From Octopus sinensis (lineage: Eukaryota): a DNA stretch of 64,000 bases. This document shows positions 52,680 to 64,000 of the stretch, piece by piece. Each line of letters opens with the position of its first letter. Positions within the stretch are counted from its first letter, which is position 1. A program made the position numbers and the translations under genes. The stretch spans positions 92,876,001-92,940,000 of the forward strand of contig NC_043003.1 in the NCBI RefSeq assembly GCF_006345805.1, given 5' to 3'. Below the pieces are notes generated by a model. The model searched no databases. It had not been told where the DNA came from and was given only the letters and a program-made list of their open reading frames with translations.

Positions 52680-53690
52680 ATAAGAAAATGGAGAAGAAAT
52701 ATAGTTAATTTTATTTGTATCACGATGAAAAGAGTAATATATATCAGATTGTAGATTTAAAGGAACAAAATCAACTAAAGAAATAAACCTAAAAGAATCC
52801 TACATATGTTTCAATCCAGTCATTAGGTTCAAATCATCACCATTCAAGCGATGTTAGATGTAAAATAACACCACATTATGGCCGGATATCATCAGGGCGG
52901 ATGTTTACTTTCTGGTGGTGAGCAACGAAATATGTAAGATGAGGACTGTATTTTCAAATATTCAAATAATGTAAGCAATAATTTATTAGGACGCCGAGGT
53001 CTTGTGGGGAAATATTAACTAATGAAATCATGCTAAAATACTATTGTGTGTTTGAAAAACAGACTTATAAGTGTTAAGGGACGTAAAATAGTCGTTTAAT
53101 TAGAATATGCTATTAATAGTTGAATAGGGATGGCTTGAGGATACATTGATATATTGAAAGGTTTGGTTCGGTTTCCTATACTAATAGTAGAGTTGGGGGC
53201 ATTATATTTCTGTATCTGGAATACTTAAAACCCAATTTATACATTTATTGTACACCTGAAACGACCGTAGATGATATCCTTTACCCGAATTCACCCGAAT
53301 CTGTATATATTTATTTTATGTACTTATTTATCTACATATTTACCTTTGAATTTCAAAATTTTGAACTCTCGTCCGACCTTTCGTATAAACACCAAATTCT
53401 TAATTAATTCTAACAATTCCTTTCTGAAACCCTTACCTCGAATTTTTATCCCTTTATTTGTCACTCCTCCATTCGGTACCTGAACCCAACGTACATGATG
53501 CATAGTTTTTACATGTAATTTTGTTTACTGATTTATGTATTTATATGTATATTTATTTCGTTGTGTGTTTAAAATTATGCTTTGGAATTTGTATTGATTG
53601 CCTGGATGTGTTCCTTCTATAATTTCCCTTATCCTTCGATTTAGCTCGCAATGAACACTTCTTAATACAGTCCATATATTGTGAAGTATA
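52680..53690 (-). mobile_element. Penelope-like element remnant with 3' hammerhead
   Basis: Minus 53180-53106 reads YRKPNQTFQYINVSSSHPYSTINSI, the PLE RT-thumb motif YRKP...Y...S.HP. Ends are approximate. Confidence 0.7.
52797..52900 (-). ncRNA. Type I hammerhead ribozyme-like motif at the 3' end of a PLE remnant
   Basis: Minus strand CC-CTGATGA-T-ATCCGGCCAT...ATGACTGGAT-T-GAAA-CATATG-TA-GG; palindromic stem III; short stem I. Confidence 0.7.
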
Positions 53691-53794
53691 CTTAAAAACA
53701 TACTTTATAAGAAAACTTTACTTATATATATATATAATGTATATACCTATGTATGTATGTGTGTGTATATATATATATGTAAACATGCATATAT

Positions 53795-53839
<45 letters not shown>

Positions 53840-53854
53840 TATATATTATATATA

Positions 53855-53937
<83 letters not shown>

Positions 53938-53938
<1 letters not shown>

Positions 53939-54315
53939 TAGCAGTATCGCCCGGCGTTGCTCAGGTTTGTAAGGGAATAACTATAAAGCATTTTTAGAGA
54001 GTTATAGCCAAAAAATAGCCAAAAAATGGGAAAAAAATGATGGTAAATTTTTTTTGAGAGTAAAAAAAGTTGGAGTTGCGTCCCCTAGACAGTTTGCGGT
54101 TGTGTTTCTGATTCTCGACCCCATGTCGAATTTATCGATTTTTTTCAGAACTGGGGGAACTTTTCAAAATTTTCGCTGCGTTAGTTTTGAATTATGACAT
54201 TGGGCTATGTGTGTGTCAAGTTTCATCAGAATCAGTTGAAAGCCGTGGTCAGGGTGAGGGTACAAGCAAACAGACACACAGAAACACGCACAGACAAACT
54301 GCCGTTTATATAGAG

Positions 54316-54316
<1 letters not shown>
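53938..54316 (-). mobile_element. Helitron with the same 3' end but a different 5' part
   Basis: Near-identical CTAG/hairpin end over about 120 bp, then unrelated sequence; TC start. Confidence 0.75.
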
Positions 54317-54347
<31 letters not shown>

Positions 54348-54702
54348 ATAAACATGCTTATACACACACAAGCATGCATTTATAGATACATATTTTCAAA
54401 CATACAAGTGAACCCTCTTTGGCTTTGTCTAAATGTCTAAAGTTCAGTGAAAGAATCTTGTTTTTATGCAGAAAACACGCTCCGCTAGTTAGAAATTCGA
54501 AAGATAAAATCACGAACATACATACATACATACATACATACATACATACATACATACACACATACATAAATATATACATACATACATGCATACATGCATA
54601 CATGCATACATGCATAATACATACATACATACATACATACATACATACATACATACATACATACATACATACATACCTACTTGTATACATACATACATAC
54701 GT

Positions 54703-55025
54703 GCCACTCCGTTGGTTACGACGACGCGGGTTCCATGTAATCCGATCAACGGAACAACCCGGTTGTGAAATTAACGGGGAAGCGGCTGAGCACTCCACAG
54801 ACACATATACTCTTAATGTAGTTCTCGGGAAGATTCAGCGTAACACAGAGTGTGACAAGGATGACCCTTTCAGAAGCAGGAAGAAAGAGTGAGGGAAAGT
54901 TGTAGTGAAAGAGTACAGCGGGATTCGCCACGACCCCCTGCCGGAACCTCGTGGAGCTTTAGGCGTTTTCGCTCAATAAACACTCACAACGCCCGGTCTG
55001 GGAATCGAAACCGCGATCCTACGAC
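54703..55025 (-). mobile_element. 5'-truncated group C SINE (tail 1)
   Basis: Reverse complement of the 14637 copy. Confidence 0.8.
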
Positions 55026-56111
55026 TAGGTGGATTCGCATGAAAAATGGCAAACATGTGGAGACGGCTGCATATTGGAATGCGGTTTGTATTTTTCCCTA
55101 GCACCTATACTTACCAAGAAAATCGATTAAAACTTTTTCTAATGGAATTCTCCTCTTTCTTCCGCCATTAAAACAACCAATTGCTTAGAAGCTATTTTCT
55201 GATAGGGTGGGGTCAGGAAATTTTCATACAGCTGGAGGCTCCAATCGAAACAGGGGACCCGAAATGATAAAGTTGAGAAAAGCTGTTATAGATTATGCCT
55301 AACTGAAAACGATCACAGCCACATCATTCAAACAGACCGGGTAAAACCAGGTTTTGCAGTTAGTATTATATAAATTGGACATGGGCGATCGTTGTATTCT
55401 TTCTTGTCTTGAGGTTCACAGCCAAACGGTAGGGTGGATTCGCGTGAAAAATGGCACACACGTAAAGACGGGTGCATAGATTGGAATGCGGTTTGTATTT
55501 TAATGGGACGTTGGTTCGTTTCCAAGATTGAGACGAACCAATGTCTCATAAAACCAATGGATAACAATTGAGAGATATACGTCCCGGCATGAAACCAATT
55601 GGTAATCTGGTTAACCCATAAATAAAGTATTTTAAATATATATATTTGTTGTTAATGTTGCTGAAATTCCAATGAAGGAGCATTAGATCTACGTTAGAAA
55701 CGGGCTCTTTCTACATACATAGAGGTGCTCAATGCGAGAAACTGATTCTCATATGCCGGCAATGTAACACGAAGAATACAGGAGAAAGAACACATTTATT
55801 GACAAGTGGTGGGAAGCTACAACTACCTACAGCTTTATATCTATTATTGTTAGGTGAATATGATATGGACAAATCCACCTAGATCAAGTATGGCTGAATT
55901 TGGATTCTTGGAGAAAGGAGGAGACTCCGTTATTAATATGCTACAATAATTATATTCGGGGCATTAGATTCTGCAGGATAAAGACTTACTTAAAATTTAA
56001 TGGGTAACTCGCTACGTGAAAGATGACGAGTAGGCAGCCAATGAAGTAAAGTTTAAAAGTGTAATCAGGAAGAGAAAGATATAATATACATATATACAAG
56101 TATATATGTAT

Positions 56112-56142
<31 letters not shown>

Positions 56143-56143
56143 T

Positions 56144-56187
<44 letters not shown>

Positions 56188-57503
56188 GATAGATACATAC
56201 ATACATACATACATACATACATACATACATACATACATACATACATACATACAACATACATACATCACGGTATTGTCTACCGGTGAGACATGATATAATG
56301 ATTTGGTGCACAGAAAAGAAACTGTGTACATGCAACTATATGCATGAGAGTATATATATAAAACAAAACATACAAATCTGCACGCATACATACATACATA
56401 CATATACATACATACATACATACATACATACATACATACATACATACCTTGTTGATATTGAAATTCCAATGAAGGAGCCTTGGATCTAAGTTAGAAACCG
56501 GTTCTTTCTCTAGTAGCAAGAAATCTTGAAACAAAACTGAATAATGACATACATACATAACATAAATACATACATACATAACATACATACATACATACAT
56601 ACATACATACATACATACATACATACATACATACATACATACATACATGTTCATACTGAACACATTCGGAGTGATGAGTAAAAAGGAAGGTTGGTGGAAC
56701 AATAGAAATAGTAACGGAGCTTAGAGACAAATATCCTGAATATTGTTGTTTGGGACTATAAAATAGAAGATTCTCTCACGACGGAATCAGATTCCCATAT
56801 GCTCTCATTGTACTGAGAAAAAAACAGAAGGAAGATGTCTATCAACCATTGACGGAGGCTTTAGAAATGTCTCCTGTTTTATGTGTGTTATTGTTAACTG
56901 AGCTACTTGGCAGAATGGCTATCGCGCCGAACAAAATGCATAGCGTCATTTTGTCCGTCTCGGTGTTCTGAGTTCAAATTCCACCGAGGTTGACTTTGTC
57001 TTTCATACTTTTGAGGTCAATAGAATTAAGTACCAGTTGAGTACTAGGGTCGGTGTTATCGATTACTCACTTCCCCAAAATTCCAGGTATGTCTATTATT
57101 GTTAGAGGGAAGATATGAATTAATTAATTCACCCGGATCAAATTACGGCTGGATTTGGAGTCATTGGAGAAGGGCGTAGCTCCAAAATTAACATGCAACA
57201 AATGACCTTGATATCTGGACCAATGAATATCGAAATGGGGGTCTCAAAAATTTCATGGGTGAATGATTGCGTGATGAATGACGAGCCGGTAGTCAAAGAA
57301 ATAAGCTTTAGAATTGTAATCAGGAAGAGAAAATATATAGCTATATTTGTATCTGTATAAAACGTATATACCTCTGCGCATATGTATATGCATCCATGCA
57401 TGCAGAACAGGGCCTTGGCAACTTGATCTTAATTGTTCATGCAATAAATCATGAAGAGATATCCGTTTGTGTATATAGGATTACAAAATACATGCACACA
57501 CAT

Positions 57504-57546
<43 letters not shown>

Positions 57547-57686
57547 ACACACACACACACACACACGCACACACACACACACACGCGCGCGCATGTATGT
57601 TTGTATGTATGCATGTATATATATGTGTGCATATGTGTGTGTATGTATGTATATAGATAATATATATGTATATATATTATATATAT

Positions 57687-57796
<110 letters not shown>

Positions 57797-57904
57797 CATA
57801 AACATACATACACATCATATAAACATACAGACATTCATACATTCATACTTCCCTTACGTACGTACGTGCATACATACATACAGACTGACAGACAGAAGCC
57901 ATAC

Positions 57905-58590
57905 CCACTGATAATAAAAAGAAATACTGGTGGAATGTCCCAGTAAAAACCACTGTGAAGACCTCAATAAAATGTAAGCAAAACAAACCTGATATAATGA
58001 TTTGGGATAGAGAAGAGAAACTGTGCGCAGTCGTGGAAATTAGTTGCCCAGCGGATGTTAACATAAAACTGAACTATTGAGAAATTTGTACTAACTCTAT
58101 CCAGATTACAAGTTCTGGTTTATACCTGTAATTATAGGGGCTCTGGGATATGTAACACACTGCTTAAATACCAAAACCAGAAAAGAGAAAGCTAATTCGA
58201 AGACTACAGATCTAATCCATCACTGGAACTGTAAAATCTGTAAGCCTTTCCAGAAGTTTATCATTTAAATATATATGAGCATTTCTAGATATGCAACTAT
58301 ATGCATGAGAATACATACATATGCATGAGAATGCATACATAAAGCAAAACATACAAATCTGCACGCATGCATACATACATACATACATACATACATACAT
58401 ACATACATACAAACATACATACAAACATACATATATATATATAGACAGACAGACAGACAAATCTGCACATATACATAGATACATGCATACAAGCAAAAAT
58501 ACCTTATTGATGTTGAAATTCCAATGAAGGAGCATTGGATCCGGGCTAGAAACCGGCTCTTTCTCTATTGGCAAAAACTGAATAATGACA
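57905..58590 (+). mobile_element. R4/Dong-like non-LTR retrotransposon 3' end (restriction-like endonuclease + 3' UTR)
   Basis: YWWNVPV...NKPDIMIWDREEKLCAVVEISCPAD...YPDYKFWFIPVIIGALG; the 3' UTR ends in (CATA)n. Confidence 0.85.
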
Positions 58591-58874
58591 TACATACATA
58601 CATACATACATACATACATACATACATACATACATACATACATACATACATACCCTGTTGATGTTTAATTTCCAATGAAGGATCCTTGATTCTAGGTTAA
58701 GGAACGGTCCCTTCTCTATTGGCAAGAAATCTTGAAATAAAACTGAACATACATACATACATATATACATACATACATGCATACATGCATACATACATAC
58801 ATACATACATACATACATACATACATACATACATACATACATACATTCATGCGTACATACATAAGCTGACGAAT

Positions 58875-59290
58875 AGGCAGAGTTGTAGGCATTGGATGCT
58901 TGTAGCAGAAATGATAATGAATTTAACGCCAAAATAAACGGAAATATAGAAAAACTATCTCCTTGGAACATCTCGTTGAAATACCTATAACATCGGAGAC
59001 GATCGTTTGGCTCCCAGCTGTAAGTGTGAGAATTGTTTTCCCAGACGTTTGTGAGCTTCTCACAGGCAGTAACTAATGTAGCCACTATGATTGGAGAATA
59101 GAGTTGAAAACCTTCCTATAATGAAGCCATACTGTCACAAGTTTTCTCTGGTGTTTTCTTATTTCGGACAGCACAGACTTGTTTATCAAAAGATATCCGG
59201 CACATCTCCACATTCTCTTCTTTCCACCTACTTGCTCATCAGTCACTATGTTGTTGGATTCACAAAGATCCAAGAGGCAGCTTTTGTACA
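58875..59290 (-). mobile_element. R4/Dong-like reverse transcriptase fragment
   Basis: EQVGGKK...LLINKSVL...VWLHYRKVFNSI and FQGDSFSIFPFILALNSLSFLL. Confidence 0.85.
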
Positions 59291-59920
59291 GCGTGTATGT
59301 TTGTATGAATGTATGTATGCATTTGTGTGTATGCATATGTGTGTATGTATTCATGTATATGTGTCAGAAATAAATAAATAATTATACATATGTTACTCTG
59401 AATAGCGTGCTTTTATAAAATTATGTCAAGTAGACAATCGAGTTTAGTGTTATCAAAACATAAATTATTTGTTTTGGGTCAGCTTCAATGAATTCTGGAC
59501 GATCAGACGACAGAGAACCAAAGCAAATAAAACATACAATTGAAGGCGACATACAAGTGATATAAGAATGTCTAACCAACATTTACAGAAGAATCACCAG
59601 AAAAGAATATTTACAAATACGATCCTCGATTTACAAATCTTCATTTAAAAGAAGGACCATCAACTCATTCAATAGACTTGTTTGAATATTTTCGTGTCTC
59701 CCTAAATCTCTCTCTGGGGTAATTGAGCTGATACTAAAAAGTAAACGTGTGGTATAAATTTAGAATGGAAATTAAATTTTAACCAAATTCTCTTTGTTAT
59801 CAATGGCAACTGTTTCATATGACTTACTACCACTTATCCTGTATGTCTTGGGGTTAATTAAATTACCATATTTTTAAAACTTTTAACTAGTTTTGTGAAG
59901 GCTGGTTTATCAAAACTATA

Positions 59921-59996
59921 AGAACACACTGATGATTCTAACTTATCGTTACAAGGTAGAATATCTAATCTTTAGATGAAACATGATCTTTGTTTT
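59921..59996 (+). ncRNA. Degenerate hammerhead-like motif
   Basis: AGAACACA-CTGATGA-T-TCTAA...TTAGA-T-GAAA-CATGA-TC-TTTGTTTT; stem III is imperfect. Confidence 0.45.
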
Positions 59997-61009
59997 TTTT
60001 TTCTTAAATGTAATTTTTTCAGAAAGTATATATGTAGTTGTAAACTTTCTAACCCCAACATTTTGATAAATTGATCACTTAATACAAGTAAGTTAAGAAC
60101 TAATTTAGTAGAACCAAGAGTTCTATTCAGTTCGTTTCTTAGATATTTATTGTATGTGAACACATGACAACTAAGGTTGTCAAGATATTGATGATGTTGA
60201 TGGCTCAACAGATCTGATCACTGTTTAAACTAGTTGTAGTAAGCTTGCTTTCATTTACTGATCTTACTAATGCAAGTAGAAATTGATACAAATGTAATCC
60301 ATAATTTCTTTGCGGACGATCTAAAGAGCGTTCTAAGATATTTACAATGCTGGGTTAAACCCCCCCCCCACACACACACTTTCTGCTTCTGTGGGATAGA
60401 ATTTGTCTGCAAGAAATATTCATATTTGATAGTTAGACACGGAAAATCTGTTCTCCAAAGTCCTTAGGTATAGATGAAAATATATTTTCGACAAATGGTG
60501 ACCCAGGCGTGATTCATTTGTCGTAAGCTGGTATGTTGTGTGTTGTGTTGGACACCATCATCGCTTGGTTCTGGCTGGTTGCGTGTATTGTAAGTAAAGC
60601 AAATTCATGAACATTCAGCATTATTTATTGATAGAAATGATTTATTGTGTTAGCTTAAATAATTAGCTATCTGGAAAAGAAAAATGCTGATACAATAAAC
60701 TCTGCACATTGTTAAAGCTGGGAGGAGAGAATCGTGCTCTGTTTTGTTAAAGGTTAGCTGTGGTATGCTGTAATCTGCTTTGCTTCAAAGCTATCTGTGG
60801 TCTGCCTTCTTTGGGTGCTCGAAGCAGTCTGCCTTCCTTAAGTGCCCGAAACGGTCTGCTGCCATGCGAATTTTAGAATATTCGAGAAGCCATATTACGC
60901 CACAGCTTCACACTGATTAGTTGATTTATAGATCAATCATATGAAACTGTTTTAGCATATTCGAGCTGAAACTGGTTATTTCTCGGTTGACGTTGGAAAC
61001 TCTTCAATG

Positions 61010-61645
61010 GTTTCAAATTTTGGCACTGATGCAGCAGTTTTTGAGGGGAGGAAAGTCTATTCCTATTTTTTTACTACCCACAAGGGTAGTAAACACAGAG
61101 AGGACAAACAAGGACAGACAAACGGATTAAGTCGATTATATCGACCCCAGTGCGTAACTGGTACTTATTTAATCGACCCCGAAAGGATGAAAGGCAAAGT
61201 CGACCTCGGCGGAATTTGAACTCAGAACGTAACGGCAGACGAAATACCTATTTCTTTATTACCCACAAGGGGCTAAACACAGAGGGAACAAACAAGGACA
61301 GACATAGGTTTTAAGTCGATTACATCGACCCCAGTTCGTAACTGGTACTTAATTTATCGACCCCGAAAGGATGAAATGCAAAGTCGACCTCGGCGGAATT
61401 TGAACTCACAACGTAACGCAGACGAAATACCGCTAAGCATTTCGCCGACGTGCTAACGTTTCTGCCAGCTCGCCACCTTATTCCATCGACCTCGGTACTT
61501 GACTGGTACTTATTTTATCGACCCACGCTAAAGGATGGAAGGCAATGTCGACCTCGGCGGAACTTGAACTCAGAATGTAAGGATAGACGAAATGCCGCTA
61601 AGCATTTTCCCCGGCGTGCTAACGATTCTACCACTTCGCACCTTT
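61010..61645 (-). repeat. Group B SINE multimer
   Basis: Three consecutive units. Confidence 0.85.
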
Positions 61646-64000
61646 CTGTAGAAGATAATTAATATCATTAAGGTATTACCATCCAAAATGTTGCATTATA
61701 TTGATGGTTAAATGATACGCAATGTCACCCGTAAGGAAGACCACACTGTGATATATATTATATACACCATACCCTTGTTACTTAATACATATGAAACAAC
61801 ACAACAAATATTAGTGGGCATTTTCATCAAACCTTCCTTGTCGTATAAACGTTTCAAGCCAGATATTGCTGTTTTGAGACAGAAAAGAAACAAATCGTGC
61901 CATTATGCGCAGCCTTGAAGTTGCTGAAATTCCTTTCACATCTAACAGAGAACATTTACAGACAAACTGTTTCGAAACCCTTAGCTTCCCTACCTAGATT
62001 ATACATTCACATATTGTTGGTGCACTGGGATATCATACTATAGGTTTCAGTAACAATTTCGAAAAGCTGGGGATATTTAATCAAATACAATCTGTCAGAG
62101 GAACAGTTAAAATACACGAGACTTTTCTAAGGTACATCGTGTAAACAACTCATTTTTGTATCCGAATTTCGGCAATAGTGCTACGTTTCTTTGTCAGAAA
62201 TCTGCTCCTTCGCTATGGAAAAAATTCAAACAATGAAAAAAGATTACGTGCATATATTTATATATATTTATAATAGTCCTTTTAGGGGTTTCTCATATAC
62301 TGCTCTATTGATGTTGCTTAACCCAGGGTCATCAGAGCTGGCTATGCAAACCAATGATCAAAGGCATCCCTCCATGGCCATCTTGTCTCTTTTTAAAATA
62401 GCATATCGTGGATTACCTTATTGGAAGAGTCGTTTACTTTTTCATTTAAGACGGTAGTAGGTAACTTGATAAAGATTTGGCTGCTATTTCTAGAGGGTCA
62501 AGGGACTACATTTCTTGTTGGCTCGTATATTACCGTCGTTGTTGTTGTTGCTGTTGTTGCTATCAGCGTTATTATTGTTGTTGGCAACAGAATAGCGGTG
62601 AATTAGCAGTCAGTGGAGTGCACTACTCGCTAAAGTCGTAAAGGTTGCATATTCACATTTCTTATTGTCTAAAAAAAAGTTGAAATATAAATTCTGGCTC
62701 CGCGACCTAGAGACTGAGCATCAACACAATCGCTTGAGTTGCTAGAAATAGGAGCTAAATTTATCTCGAGATCGCACCTTACCGACTTAGAAAAGAATAG
62801 CACATCGAGTAATATGGTCCTATGTGTACTGTAGCTCGATAAGAAAACTCGATGATCGCTGTTGTAATACCTTTGAGTATAAATCTGCTTGATGAGAACA
62901 AACCTGGGGTTAAACAACAACAATAACAGCAGCAGCAGCAGTAGCAGAAGTAGCAGCAACAACAACACCTCTGGCTCCATGTCCCAAGGGTCGATTTTGA
63001 TAATCATAACCAAATTTCTTTGCTAGAAATAACAACCCAAAGGCTAAAATTTCGGTAGTCTATCTCTTCCGTGGCAAAAATGGGTTAATCCCTACAAAAG
63101 AAAAGAACGAACGAACGAACGAATTAACGAACGAATGAATTAATGAATGAATGAAAGGAAGGAATACACTCACACACATAGGTTACTAGCATGTGTAGCT
63201 ACCTAGCTAGCTTGCTATCTATTTAGCTATTTATTTGGTTTGCTAGCTAGCCGCCTCCTGGTCCGCATCTGACGATGTATAAATATTACAACAGCCTGTA
63301 CGCTTCAGCTGATGTGATAGAGAACAACAGTAAACACACAGAATAAAACCGACTTGCCAGTCGAACGGCCATGTACCCCGCCACCTCACATCATCCATTG
63401 GTTTGTTCTCCTTGCATCCTCTCTAGCTATCCATTTATCATCTATCGACCATTTCTAAAGAATTGGCTCGCCACCAACACATGGGGATGTAATAATATAT
63501 TCGCGTGTAGCAGTAGACGTAGGTAAGTTCCGTTTTTTTAAACTGCCCTGTTCCTTTTCCCCTCTCTCTCTAAATGATGTTTTGACATTTCGCTTTTTAT
63601 ATACATTTGTAGTCATTAATGTACAGCCACACACGCACGCACATACACGCGCACACACACACATGCATGCACTCACACACGCATACACACGCACGCATGC
63701 AAGCACGCATGATGAAATATTCTAGTGTACATAATATTAACCCTTTTTTTTTTATTTTGTTGCTTTGTAATATGATGTCCTTCGGTGCCCTTATTGCAAA
63801 TAAACCTACCATCATCATCATCATCATCATCATCGTCGTCGTCGTCGTCGTCGTCAATATCATTGTTGTCATTAGTAGTATATATATATATACACACACT
63901 CATAAATATAAAATATGTATTACAGACAGACAGACAGATAGATAGATAAAGTATGTGTGTGTGTATATCTACTGATATTGCTAGTATTGATATGTTTATA

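Overview
AT-rich, microsatellite-dense eukaryotic DNA. The SINE families and the (TA)n/(CA)n/(TACA)n load suggest an octopod cephalopod; this is from recall, not a database search. Nearly all listed ORFs are microsatellite or transposon artefacts. One credible spliced gene lies on the minus strand: a signal-peptide exon (11827-11755) joins in phase 1 to a 426-nt exon (8923-8498), giving an unrecognised ~156-aa secreted protein. Its TAG lies 28 nt before a strong, in-phase splice donor. The rest is layered mobile DNA: three tRNA-derived SINE groups, a decayed mariner interrupted by a SINE, hAT/Tc1/Merlin-like MITEs, three non-autonomous Helitrons, CR1 and R4/Dong-like LINE fragments, and many Penelope-like element (PLE) remnants. 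The strongest hidden signal is about 16 type I hammerhead-ribozyme-like motifs (CUGANGA...GAAA, very short or palindromic stem III), from several sequence families and on both strands. Most sit in local inverted repeats derived from PLE termini. About half look structurally intact. All folds were read by eye and none has been computed or tested.
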